Of a stretch of DNA of 64,000 nucleotides, positions 35,098 through 47,655 are shown piece after piece. The notes beneath the pieces were generated by a model, which saw nothing but the letters and a program-made list of their open reading frames with translations, was not told where the DNA came from and ran no database searches. Origin of the DNA: Basidiobolus meristosporus CBS 931.73. Lineage: Eukaryota > Fungi > Basidiobolomycota. Positions within the stretch are counted from its first letter, which is position 1. Every line of letters begins with the position of its first letter. The position numbers and the translations under genes are program-made. The stretch is taken from positions 9,378 through 73,377 of the forward strand of contig MCFE01000449.1 of assembly GCA_002104905.1 (NCBI GenBank). The letters run 5' to 3'.

Positions 35098-36072
35098 AGT
35101 AATACTCATAAAATGGAGGATATTAATGGAGTTACTTTTAAGTGCAAGGTTGGGCATAATGCTAGTGGTAGGTATGGGACTTGCATAGGTCAGTGCAATT
35201 GGTGTACTGAATAGACGCAAGGCAGGAGAGTAGGGCTAGGCAAGGCAGGACCAGGAAGGACTTAGATGAGGATCAACAAGGCAAGGCAGTTTATTCAAGA
35301 CCTGTGTTTATCAGACTGAGGAATACATAAGGGGGGATAGGACTATATATACTTTTTGGCAATATGGATGCCAAGATATTGGCTAATACTGATGGGGTTC
35401 TGGGGTGAGGCACAGTAAGTGTGCTGCAATAGAATATACTAAAGAACAGACTGGAATATCAGATGGAGATATGTCAGGGGTCAGCTAATCATGCGACTAG
35501 GTCATATGGCATGTAGTTACCATTTATGGCATGGGACTACATAAACTCAAATGGGAAGCTTCCATAGAATGTTCCATAGTGTAACATTGACTTGGAGCTT
35601 TCAAGAGGTTGCTAGAATGTAGTAGAACTTTCTAAAAGGAACTGGGATTTCTTCACTGACTTGATTTGGCTAGATAATTGGAGACCAGGGATGTCATGTG
35701 ATCATAACAATTGGCTACTCAGTTACAACTGAAGTTTCAATAGAAATAAATCAATTGGTATACCTTCAAAGTAGGAGTATTGGCTAAGTCAGGAAGTAAG
35801 GATTGCAAAAAACAAACAATAGCCAATCAAAGTACACAAAGTTAGGAGGTGATTGAGTGTCTGGGACCAAAAAGTGAGAGAACTGGTAGCTAACCACTCA
35901 AAAGTCATTTTTGTATTGTTTTAATGAAACATCTCAACTAAGTTTTTTTGCAAAATCTGGGATGGAATTATTTACTCTCTTTGCATGGCGTCTTAATGGG
36001 ATCAATATATCTTAGTTATAGGATTTACACTTGTGATAGCCTTTTGGCAAGATCATCACAAATATCTTCACA
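35098..36072. repeat. Diverged copy of an LTR-like repeat, inverted relative to 53101-53581 and split by the 35203-35709 solo LTR
   Basis: For example 35715-35960 aligns to the reverse complement of ~53221-53465 (caactgaagtttcaatagaaataaatcaatt...gtcaggaagtaagga...gccaatcaa). Confidence 0.75.
35203..35709 (-). mobile_element. Solo LTR (507 bp, TGT...ACA) with 5-bp TSD ATTGG
   Basis: ATTGG at 35198-35202 and 35710-35714. Minus-strand AATAAA and TATA-like motifs. The flanks rejoin to match the 53101-53581 repeat. Confidence 0.8.
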
Positions 36073-36074
36073 GG

Positions 36075-37090
36075 GCAAGATAGTCAAGGACACATAAAAT
36101 TATGTAGAAATCCCACTTTTCTTGCTAGAACTAAGCTCAAAGATATTGGACATTGTTGCATATGTGAGGCTATAGAGAAAAACTTAGTTAAGTTAGTTTA
36201 CTGTCCTATGGATGAAATGATTGCAGATATGTTTCCAAACATCTAGCAAGAGAAAATTTGAATATCTTAGTACACAATCAGGACCACTCTGTGGAAACAT
36301 TTAGTTTAGTGGAGCATTGTAAAAGCTTGTAACTCCACCAAAATATTGATCTAAAACTGGTTCCTTGTTGGGATATACTTGGAATATTTTCACCTAGATA
36401 TCAGGTACCCAGAACATGAGTAATAAATATGTTGTGCAAACAGCCCCAGAATTTGCACATATGTTTTTGGGACCTTCCTGAATATATTTCATGCTTTTGC
36501 TATGCCAAGACCATGTAAAAGCTCAATACTACTTTTATATTCAATAAATAGTCAAGTGAAAACCACATAATCTACTTGTTCTCCCAATCACTTCCAATAT
36601 TTCTAAGACTTTCACAACAGGTTATGAGCCACAAGCTGTTACTCTGTACAATTTCTGCTACTGCTATCACTGGAATTTTTCCCTCTGCTAAAAAGTTGGT
36701 TAGTTCTAACTACCAAGTGAGGAGGGTGAAGATCAAGATGAAGATGCTGCTACAAGAATGAGGCCTTTAGGGTATTGTCATGGGAGAAAAATGCCCTCCT
36801 AACAACTTAGGAGATGAATCCTCAGGGTACCAGAAGGAAGAACAGAGTGCCTTTAATTATGTTTGCCTCAATGTCAAAGACAAATTGCATATTTGATGCT
36901 CAAGAGCATAAATGGCAAAGAGTGCGTGGAAGGTATTAGAGAACACCTACCAGTCATGTTCAGCTGCCAAGAAAATGTATCTTAGACAAAAATTCCTTAC
37001 AACAAAGATACTGCCAGAAAAGGAAAAGGAAATACCACATAATCTACTTGTTCTCCCAATCACTTTCAATATTTTCTAGACTCTAACAAT
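36075..37090 (+). mobile_element. Copia RNase H end + LTR (36315-36619) + PBS (36620-36630) + truncated gag + LTR 3' fragment (~37034-37088)
   Basis: RNase H remnant (RNPT..ARTK...LVYCP.DEMIAD) runs into the family LTR, which is followed by GGTTATGAGCC and gag KMYLRQKF. Confidence 0.8.
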
Positions 37091-38689
37091 GCTTGAGACC
37101 CTCCTAAGCATACTTTTCATGCTTTTGTTTACCATGACCATGCAAAGTATAAATACAGCTTTGATACTGATAGTTAATGCATTGCTAATTAAGAAGATAC
37201 ATACCAAATATGGTCAGATATGGACAAAGCTCCACAGGTTCCCAATCAGAACAGATTAGTCTGGTAAGATATCACCCAGGACAAGATATTGCCAGCTTAA
37301 GGTAGTAAACATCAAATAATTACAAGGTACATCTTCTTGTGTTATATGCTAAATATCCAAATCTGGAACAATCAATGAAAGTATTGTAGGCAACATTGAA
37401 GCAGCAAGTCATATGGAAGGAGTATCAATTTTGAATCAATGCAAAAACACAGAAACTGATATATCCATGGAATAGGAGAAATCCATTGTCACTGCTGTAC
37501 ACAGAAAGAATAGATCTTGAATTACTGAGATACCTGATTATATCTCATTTGTGCTCCACTATTGGGCTATCTGGTATCTTTCTGTAACAGAAAGCTCACT
37601 TTGCAATTATACACTAGTGTTGATCTTAATAGTGCTTAATTGCAGCCTCACATTTGCCACTTCCTTCAGATCCATGGTGCTGTACCTATTCTCTCACTAG
37701 GGATCCAACTAGTACATTTATCAAATATAAGATACCCACCCTGGAGCCATTGCAGCATGATCTTGAATGTTAGAAGGCAATCCTTTCAGCATATAGTAAC
37801 TGAATTGCATAAAAGGGATTACAAGTACTCAGCCATCTTAGGAATGACTATTAGCCTGACCTCTGTCACTATTTCTTGTTCTGTTTGCCATTTCTAAATA
37901 CATAGCAATGTACATCCAAAGCATCCTTCTTAATTAGGGAATAGTCTGAAGTTGTATGTTTATAGTGGCCAAATGATCTTGCCAATCCAAATGTCTTTGT
38001 AGAAAATACCAACCTGGATATTTCTCATATATGCTTAGATAGGTACTCAGAGCATATTGAAATCAGAGACCTCTGTATTAGGAAGAAATTAGCCTGCGTG
38101 ATAAAATTGCAGCATAGAGTGGTTGTGTAAAACAGCTGAAAAAGGGCACACCTCCATGTTCTTTATGTGAAAGCCCTGACTAAAGCTATAAAGAGCAAGG
38201 AGAACCTAAACAGACAAAACCAGACTGCTCCACCATGCTTGAGCTCAGAGATCTTCAATAATGAAGCTATTTGCTTGAAATTTAGGTCAAATATGACTAT
38301 CTTTGTTAAAGATTGTGGTCAGTGCTACTAATTATTTAACAAACATCCCAAAATGATAAAACTTGGAATATGGCAGATCTGTAGTAGACCCAATGCAAAG
38401 AGTTTAATATGGGTAAACCTAATCAATTTCAGCTCACACATTACTGATTTAGCCAAAACTTTCCCTATATATCAACAGTTGCAAGTCCAATGTAAACAGT
38501 GTATCAAGTTATCTAGATATTGGAGAGGCCATAGCATTAGTTACATCATTCACTTAGATTATCATGCAATCCAACTAACGCAATCAACAAAACTTTGAAT
38601 ACTAGCATCCCAATAAGAAATAACTGAAATAGCATCATCAAATGTCATGTCAAGAGTTAACTCATTTGAATAAGTGGTGTTGACGCTTT

Positions 38690-41600
38690 TGCTGTAAAGA
38701 TTCATAATTCCACCTAAATATTCACCTAACTTAGTCACTTAGATCATTACTGCCAAATCATAGAAGATACTGGCCAAGATTCTTCTTGGGATTTACTCAG
38801 AATATTTTCACTAAAATATCAGGTACTCAGAACATGAAAATTCTCCAAGTTGTCCAAGCAGCTCCAAATTTGGCACACACTTTCTTAGGGACTTCCTGAA
38901 CCTATTTTGCAAGGTTTTTATGCCAAGACCATTTAAAAGTACAAATACTACTTTGACATTTAATTAATAATTATGTGAAAACCACATAATCTACTTGTTC
39001 TCCCAATCACTTCCAATATCTCCAAGAATTGTACTACAGGTTATGAGCCCTGAGCTATTGGTCTCTGTAATGTCTATTAATGCTGTTACTTGAACTTTCT
39101 CCTGAGCTGAAAAGCTGGATGAATTTAACTACCAAGTGTGGAAGGTGAAGTTGAAGATGAAGATTTTGCTACAAGAATGAGGCCTTTAGGATATTGTCAT
39201 GGGAGAAAAATCCCCTCCTACAAATGTGGGAGAGGAAGTCTTAAAGTACCAGAAGAAAGAGCAAGGTGCCTTTGATTGCATTTGCCTTAATGTCAAAGTA
39301 AAATTGCTAATTCAATGCTCACAAGCTAAAATGGTAAAGAATGTCTGGAAGGCATTAGAGGACACCTATTAGTCACATTCAGTTGCCAAGAAAATGTATC
39401 TTAGACAAGAATTCTTTACTACAAAGATGCTGCCTGGAGAAGAAATGAAAAATCTAATTCACAGAATTGCCCTGTTGGTGGGTGAGATGGAGTCAGTAGG
39501 CATACCAACTACTCATCAGTATGTGATAGTAACTATCCTGAGTAGCTTGGTAGACATGTTTCAGGGCCTTCTATCAGCCCTAGAGTCCAGAATTGCAGAT
39601 TTAACCCTATATTACATATTTGTAAGTCTCCTAGACAAAGAATCAAGAAAATCAGGTGCCATTAAGAAGGAACAGAAAATGCTTTAATAAACAATGATAA
39701 CCAGCAAAGGAGCAACCAATGACCTATCAAAGGCAATAGCAGCCTGCTTTGCAACAACTGCAAAAGGATAGGACAAACTTCAGACTGGTGCTTCAAAAAG
39801 AGAGGTAATGAGCAGAAAAAGCCTGAATATGGAAATGCTGCAAAAGCTGAAGATAGACAATTCATATCTGCACTGATTATGACCACAAACAAGGATTCTC
39901 AGATGTGGTATACTGACTCTGGAGCACCTCAGCCCTTTGCACACCAAAAAGAACTATTTACCCAATTTCAATAGATTGCTATTAAAAAGGTTTTCATGGG
40001 TGATGGTAGAACACTTGATGCAGTGGGAGAAGGAACTATCCAAGTGAACCTTAGAAGCAGTGAAAAAAGCAATACACTGATCTTCAAAGAGGTAATCTGT
40101 GTACCAGAAATAACCAAGAACCTACAATCTGTAAGCAAGGCCACAGCAGAAGGCCTCAGCTTCAGTTTTGACAATTCTGTATGCAGAATTGCTGATCAAA
40201 ATGATGCTCATATTGCTTTGGCTATTGGAGATCAGAGTTTGCATAGGTTGACTTACATTCCATCATATCTGGAAGCCAGTATATGTAACCTAAATGAAGA
40301 GACCACAATGCTCTGGTACAGCAGATTTGGACACATCAATCCAGATTATTTGTGCAAATGATCAAAGGTCAGGTATTTTCCCAAGTAAAAATTGATCCCC
40401 CAGCTGATTTGGAGCACTGTGAGGCCTGCATATATGGGAAACAAGCCAAACCACTGCTCAGGGGCTCTGGGCTAATCAAAACTAAGAAAAAATTACATCC
40501 AATTCACTCATATTTGTGTGGACCTATACCAAACTTAATTCATAGGTGGGATGAAGTATTCAGTCACTTTTGTTGATGATTATACAGATACACATGGGTC
40601 TACTTCATGGAAAGAAAAGAAGAAGCTCTGTTTAAGTTCAGGGAGTTTGAAGCCATTGTAGAGAGAGAAACTGGCAAAAAACTCAATAAAATATGCTCTG
40701 TTAATGGTGGAGAAGATATATTGCAACTGTTCATTCATGTCTATAAGATTCATGGGATGAAGCAAGAGACTATTGTACAATACCCCCCATAGCAATATGG
40801 AGTAGAAGAACATGCAAACAGATCAACAATTGCCAAGGTAGATCTATGATCCATAGTAAATAACTATCATACAATTTTTGGGGAGTCTGAGATGACACAG
40901 CTGTATAACTTAAAAGTAGGAGCTATAACAGAATACATTGTGGTTCTGCTCCATTTGAAGTATAGTATGGATACAGACCATGTACCAAACATCTAGGGAT
41001 ATTTGTGTGCACAGTTTATGGCAAGAAAGTGCCCAGAAATCAGCCAAAACTTGAGCCAAAAAATGTAAAATATATATATCTGGGCTACTGCAATGCAAGT
41101 AAGGCATATAGACTCTATAACACCATAGTAAAGAAGCTGATCAAGCTCAGGGATGTGCTGTTTGTTGGAAATTCAAAATATTCACAAAAAATGACATCAG
41201 CTAATGACATAAATATGATCTCAAGTCTACCAATTGCCAGGATTGAATCAGAGCAAAACAATGAAAGTTTTACACTCCCAAGGACTATAGAGTGGTGGTT
41301 CAGCCTGAAGCAGTGCCCAGGAATATCCCAGAAGTGATCATTCTGGTAGCAAATGCCAAGAGATCCAACTGGACAAGAAATAGCCCAAATTACTATATCA
41401 ATAAGGGTCAAACTTAGCCTATGCCTATTCAGCCCACATTGATGAGCCCCAGGCTGAAAAAGGGGCCCTAAATAGCCCTCAGACCAAGTTTTGGAGATCT
41501 GCAAAGACTGAGGAATGTCAGTCCCTAATGGAAATCAAACTTGGGACTGGGTCAAATTACCAATCAACCAAAAATCAATTGGATGCAGATGGGCCTTTAA

Positions 41601-42020
41601 GGCACAATGAAGGACTGATAATACAATTGAAAGATACAAAGCAAGACTTGTAACCACAGGATACTCTCAGACAACAGGACTTGTCTACACTTAGATCTTT
41701 GCATCAATAGCCAAGTTTAATTCTATTATATTACTATTGGCAATTGAAGCCAAATATCAGTTTTTTATACATCATAATCTACTGTGGATCTGATCAAATA
41801 GCAGCAGTAAAGTAGATTTTTGGATACCTTAAAGGAGCTGCTGACATCCACTTAAGATACATCTATAAGGACCCAGAACAGGATCATGTGGGATACTCTG
41901 ATGCTGATTGGGGATGAAACTTGAAAGACAGAAGATCAACCAGAGGATACACATTTATTTACTGTACAGGAGCAATTTCACATAATTCAAGAAAGCAACC
42001 AACTGTAGCACTTTTTTTTG
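38690..42020 (+). mobile_element. Degenerate Ty1/Copia element E (5' LTR 38690-39038, PBS 39039-39050, gag, PR, IN, deleted RT, partial RH; no 3' LTR)
   Basis: PBS GGTTATGAGCCC; gag MYLRQEFFTTKMLPGE; WYTDSGA; RFGHIN; RT remnant IGCRW.F...YKARLV..GY.Q; GYSDADWG and KQPTVAL motifs. Confidence 0.88.
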
Positions 42021-42521
42021 TAGAGTATATAATCTAATCTAAAGATGACATCTACTGGCAAACAGAACAATACAATATCTTCCCTGTAAAGGAGAGGTTT
42101 GATTGGAAGATCTACTGACTTTGAAAATCAAGATACAGATCTACTTTGAGGAAAAAAAGCCTTTGAGTAAAGTAACTGGAAAGGAAGTTGGGTCCAGAGG
42201 AACAGCAGAAGAAGTGGACAATTTCAAGAGAAGGACAGAAAGGCCTTTGTAGCAAATGTATCAATGTACAAGATTCCTTCATTGGACAAACAAGCTAATT
42301 ACTTATATAAGGGTATCATAAACAATCCAACAATTTTTTTAAAAGCTTTACTTTTAACCAAAAAATATGTTGAGCAAAAAAAATTTCCAAAAAAGTTTAC
42401 TAATTAATAGTTAGTACATGGTAATTTGTTACATAGGGACAGCATAACCAATCATATACCTTTTTCTCTTTTGACCAAAAAATATATTTGACAAAAAATA
42501 TTTCTAAAAATATTTACAAAA

Positions 42522-43035
42522 TTGTTCTATTGGATAGTGCCACATTGAGCCATGAGTGCTAAATGATGCCTTAGTGTGCCAGGGAGATGTAGCAGACTTA
42601 TACTTGGCTACAAAGTGTGAAACATAGATTTTCATCTTCATGAACAACAGCCCCTGTGTTTCACCCATAGTGCAGGAATCTGGTACTCAATACCCATGGC
42701 ACTCTGAATCTAGCTCCTGTGGCTTGTAACATGTCACATAAATGCATAGCACTATCAGGCACCATATTAAGATAGTAGCCCTAAAGTAAAATCTGTACAA
42801 AGCACTTATAGTGCCAGATAGTGCTATGCATTTTTGTGACATGTTACTAGTCACAGGAGCTAGATTCAGAGAGCCATAGGTACTGAATACCAGATTCCTG
42901 CACAATGGGTGAAACACAGGGGTTGTTGTTCATGAAGATGAAGACCTATGTTACACACTGGGTGGCCAAGTTTAGGTCCTCTTGGCCTCCCTGGCACACT
43001 ACAGCTTCATCTGGCACTATCCAATGGAACAAGTC
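42522..43035. mobile_element. Foldback/MITE-like hairpin element A (arms ~42522-42762 and ~42811-43035)
   Basis: The right arm is the reverse complement of the left (e.g. tctggtactcaatacccatggcactctgaatctagctcctgtg vs cacaggagctagattcagagagccataggtactgaataccaga). Loop ~48 bp; no ORF. Confidence 0.85.
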
Positions 43036-43641
43036 TAATAACTAGTGCATGCCAGTTTGTTATAAAAGGGCAGCATAAACAATTCAACATCCCCTTTCTC
43101 TCAACCAAAAAGAATATTTGACAAAAGAATTTCCAATTATGAATTGTTAGATTTGGAAAATACAATATCAGCTATACCATTTAATTTTTTAAAAAGTTTT
43201 CATTAAACCAAATAAGATTTGTTCATTTGATATCAAGATTTTGAGAAAGAATCTTGTCAAATCCTTGTTAAATTGATTTTTAATCTGTATCACATATATA
43301 TTATTAACAAAATATCTTCTTTGATATGGCAGTATACATATCATTTAAGAATTGCAATTGCATAAAAATGTCAGGGGGTATTGCAGAAGAAATATATTTA
43401 CAAATGAGTTGCACAAGCTTAACATATGGATGTATATATACAAATTTGGTGATCATATATGTAAATATGTAACTGGATATCTTTGCAGGGGTGGAACTCT
43501 GTATAATACCAATCATACTGTTAATTATTTACTTATCTGTACAGGAGATTTTTGAATGTGTCTTATATCACAATAAAATAATATTCAAATCAAGGGTTAA
43601 AGGTTAAAATAAATAAGATAAATGTTGGAACTAGTTTAATA

Positions 43642-44369
43642 GACTTGTCCCATTCAATAGAGCCACATTTAGCCATGAGCGCCAAATGATGCCATAGTGT
43701 GCCAAGGAGGCCAAGTGAGCCTATATTTGGCCACAGAGTGTGAAACATAGCACTGCATCTGCATGCAAAGCAGCCCCTAAGTTTCACTCATTGTGCTGGA
43801 GAAAATCTATTTTTTGACCTTTTTGTTTGAATTAATGTTTTGCAGGATGTGTAGGACAAAACAATTAAAGACATGCATCTGGTACTGAATACCCATGGCA
43901 CTCTGAATCTAGCTCTTGTAGCTTGTATCATGTCACAAAAATGTATGGCACTATCTTTGTCCACTGGTACTATCAGGCACTATATATAAATATTAGCCCT
44001 AAAGTAAGACCTATATAAAGCACTACAGTGCCAGATAGTACCAGTGGACAAAGATAGTGCCATGCATTTTTGTGACATGATACAAGCCACAAGAGCTAGA
44101 CTCCAAGTGCCATGGGTATGGAGTATCAGAGGCATGTCTTCAGTCCTTCTGTGCTCTCACACATTCTGAACAATGTTGATCCAAAATCAAAGGTCAAAAA
44201 ATGGATTTTCTCCAGTACAATGGGTGAAACACAGGGGCTGCTTTACGTACAGATGCAGAGCTATGATTCACACTCTGTGGCCAAATATAGGCTCACTTGG
44301 CCTCCCTGGGACACTTTGGCATCTTTTGGCTCTCATGGCTCAACATGGCACTATTCAATGGAACAAGCC
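43642..44369. mobile_element. Foldback/MITE-like hairpin element B (arms ~43642-43981 and ~44027-44369), same family as A
   Basis: Termini GACTTGTCCCATT...AATGGAACAAGCC. Loop related to that of A (tagccctaaagtaa...aaagcact). Flanked by TAATA on both sides. Confidence 0.85.
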
Positions 44370-46224
44370 TAATATCTATAATGCTACTTGGCTTCAAATA
44401 ATTTTAAAAATTTGTTATAGTATAATACTTTAAGAGTTTTTAAAGAAATCTTGCCAACCCATAAAGTTTTAAATTAATTTTGTATTTGAAATCAAAAAAT
44501 TTTAGATGATATTCATGTTGACTAAAAGGTTGTATTAACCAGTACACACATTGATTGTTAAAAATGTAAATAACACTTTTATTATAGCTTGCTGAATATA
44601 TTTTCAAAAGATACACCACTATCCTAATTTATACAAGTCCAATGGATGACAAAATTGTCATATTCATATTGTTGCTTAGACTCTCTTGTGTCCCAATAAC
44701 TATTAAAGCTTCACTGGTTTAAATATTTGACATGTGTATGTTGCTTTAATGTTTTTTATGGTTCTAAAATATAGATTGTCATATTTTGTCTGTTATCATA
44801 TACATTACAACAATCCTGTAAGCCTTGTAAGAAGTTTTTGGACTACTTGTTATTCTTTAACAAAAGATGCTGGCATTTGAATAATCAAAATCTTTGGTAA
44901 TAATCAAAGAATGATTGTCATTGCTGAGCCTTACACGTAAAATTTTGGGATTTGTAATAAAAGCATCAGTCCAATTCAAAGGATCCATTTGTATGGCTGA
45001 GTATGTGATATATCTAACAAAGGAGGTATTTTGGCCTAAGCTGAACAAGCCTGGTGGAGATGACATTATGAAAAGATTCTTGATGGATATTAATAAGGTT
45101 GTATTGAGGGTGTTGTTTAACATAGTCCTATCTGTTGGTGAAGGATTGGTTGAATAATATACAGGTTTTGGATCTTAGACAGAAAAATATCTTTGCCAGT
45201 AAAACAGCAAAATTGAGAAAGAATAAAATATAATATAAGATGCCTACTCTGAGTATTCCTCACCAGCAGTGCTGGGAGTGTCCTCTGGTCTGGGATTGAG
45301 TGTTCAAGTAGCAGTGGGTAGCAGTCATGACACTAATCAACAAGTTGGCATATTGATAAAAGGGATGTGTGGTAATGGAAAGTATTCCATTACTACAATA
45401 TCCCAAAACCAATATGGCACTCATTTCTTTATTTTACTTGTTGCTACTGTAACAGACAGGTGAAAGATCAAGAATTTACAACTTTGAAGGACAAATGCTC
45501 CAGACACTGACAGGTAATCCACCCAACAATCTTATGTTGTACAGAACATGCAGTAGCTAACACATATTTCAAGTTACACTTCATTTGAAGCAATACTCAA
45601 GGAGTTATGACCAAAAAAGTCCAATTATTTTATATACTGTGCCTCTATTGTCAGGATTACTATGGTGACCTTGATCATGTGTAACTTTCAAGCCAGCCAG
45701 TCAAGTCACATGCGATTGTCACAGGTCTGTGCCTATGTCCAATCTGTGCCACTGCAAAATTTTGGCTTTGTATCACATGTATTGCTTGCGCAATTCCCCA
45801 AAAACTTCAATCCTTCAGAATTGTCATATACATGACTTCCCTAGCTGAAAACAAAGAGAGCCTCTCTTTCCAGAATCTCCACACTACATTTACAAGTTTA
45901 AAGGCTATAAGACTTCCCCTGCATCACCTGCACTGTTAATTATTCTGACTTTGATTGGTACTGCATCAGTAAAGAGACTGCAAAGCTCACAAGAATTCAA
46001 TCTAAGTTCTACAAGAAACTACCACTTTTCTGCTGGAAAAGTCCCCTCTAAGAAGCTCCTTTACTCCAAAGACACCCCTTCAGTCCTAAGATCCCTTTAA
46101 AGACCCCTTTAAGAAACCCCTTTACTCTAAAATAGCCCCATTAGGTCTAAAGACCCCTTGAGAGACTTCTACAATACACCCTTTGGGTTAAAGGGGAGCT
46201 CATAGTTTCCATATTAGGAAATAT

Positions 46225-46509
46225 TTTTTCAGAAGGGAGTGTGATTTCCAAATGAGGAAAAGTTGCTATAAGAGTAAATAAGCCCAATAGTCAACAGAAG
46301 GTCAGAACACTGTTGTATAAGTGAGAACCTCTGCCTATAGTATACTTTGAGCCTAAGATTGAAGATATTTGTGAAAGTTATATCTTCTATTGGTATATCA
46401 AACTCCCAATAAACTATTTCGGTATTAGCATACCAGAAGTTGTTATATATTATTGATTAGCCACTACATTGTAGAACAATCTGTAAACTAATCATAATAC
46501 AATACAACA
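46225..46509 (+). mobile_element. Possible PPT + 3' LTR of a further LTR family
   Basis: TTTTTCAGAAGGGAG polypurine tract followed by TGTGAT at 46240, a later AATAAA, and CAACA at 46509. No partner LTR in the window. Confidence 0.35.
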
Positions 46510-47655
46510 GATGATGATTTATTGTTGAGTTATTGCCTCCCTTATATACATTTCTCATTTGCTAAGTGATTACTGATTAAGGTGCTCCAGAAGGTCCTGG
46601 AGATCAATAGAAGTCTCAACAACATCAGAATGAGCTAAGAATGCTCCAAGTAGATGCTGGAAGGTCTGTAGAGGCAGAGTACAACCAGCCAATCTGGGAT
46701 TAGTACTCTGATACCTGCGTAATATAGTGATTACATATATAGAATGGAGATGGTAGGGATGGTGACATGGCTTGATCAGGTGCAACATGTTCTGCTGGGG
46801 GTACTTGCCTAATATATAAATACTTACATCAAGTAATCTTACATAAAGTGAGGGATAACTAATGCAATAAGTAAGCAGGTATTGTAGCTTGCTGTCTTAT
46901 AGGATACTATTGAACAGATAATACAAATGGGATAAAACAAAAATAAGGGTATCAAAGAAATAGGGAAGCAGAAAATATGGGAATGAGCACATCTCAGTGG
47001 GTTTCACAATGACCCAACTACAGCATTGTAAGGGATAGTAAGGAATCTAGCAAGGCAATCTGGTGCAATCTAGACACAGTTGCTTGCAATCTGTATTCTT
47101 TCTCTTAAGGCTCACCTTCTGATTCCTCAAGGTATTCACTTACCCACTTGTGATAGTTTAGAACTAAAAGCTCTACTAATATATCTCATAGTGCATTGGT
47201 CACATGAGCCAAAACTCATCAAAATCTCATTGGTTCCCAAAGTTGTGGCCCAAACAGACACATCCAGCCTGTACTGTGCATATTGCATACACAATTGCAC
47301 TTAGGCAGCTTCCTTGTCAAATCCCCTACTCTCAGCTCATTTTTGACCTCAATGCTTGTCCTGTTATATATCTTCTTACATATATCTGCTGGCATCCTGA
47401 TGTAAAACTCATGCCACAACTTTGTACTCAGATTCTTCCATCTCTGTCAACTCTCTAAGTTATCCAGTTCTGCTAGATTATTGGGTAGTACCCAGATAGC
47501 TATATGAAAGTTAATCATGGGCACTTGAGCCATACTGAAATTTTTTGGCAAGAACTTGGGCAGATTTGACATCAACTTTTCTGGACCAGACCATGCTTGT
47601 GAGCTGGGGGATGAATTTTGCCTGGGTTGTACTCAAGACAGGTTGAGACTTAGTA

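Noticed and set aside
29848-37088. Two Copia LTR fragments (29848, 37034) seeming to start at the same ACCACATAATC position, suggesting strong-stop cDNA capture
   Set aside because: Sequence upstream of 29848 still weakly resembles the LTR, so the shared breakpoint is not secure.
37090-38689. AT-rich CpG-poor stretch that might be a decayed transposase or membrane-protein gene
   Set aside because: All frames I read are full of stops and I could not identify a diagnostic motif. The same applies to 780-2000, 3500-5200, 46500-47650 and 52600-53100.
45891-45908. YKFKGY, resembling a chromodomain (YLVKWKGY)
   Set aside because: Lacks the Trp and the downstream TWEP motif, and no integrase is upstream.
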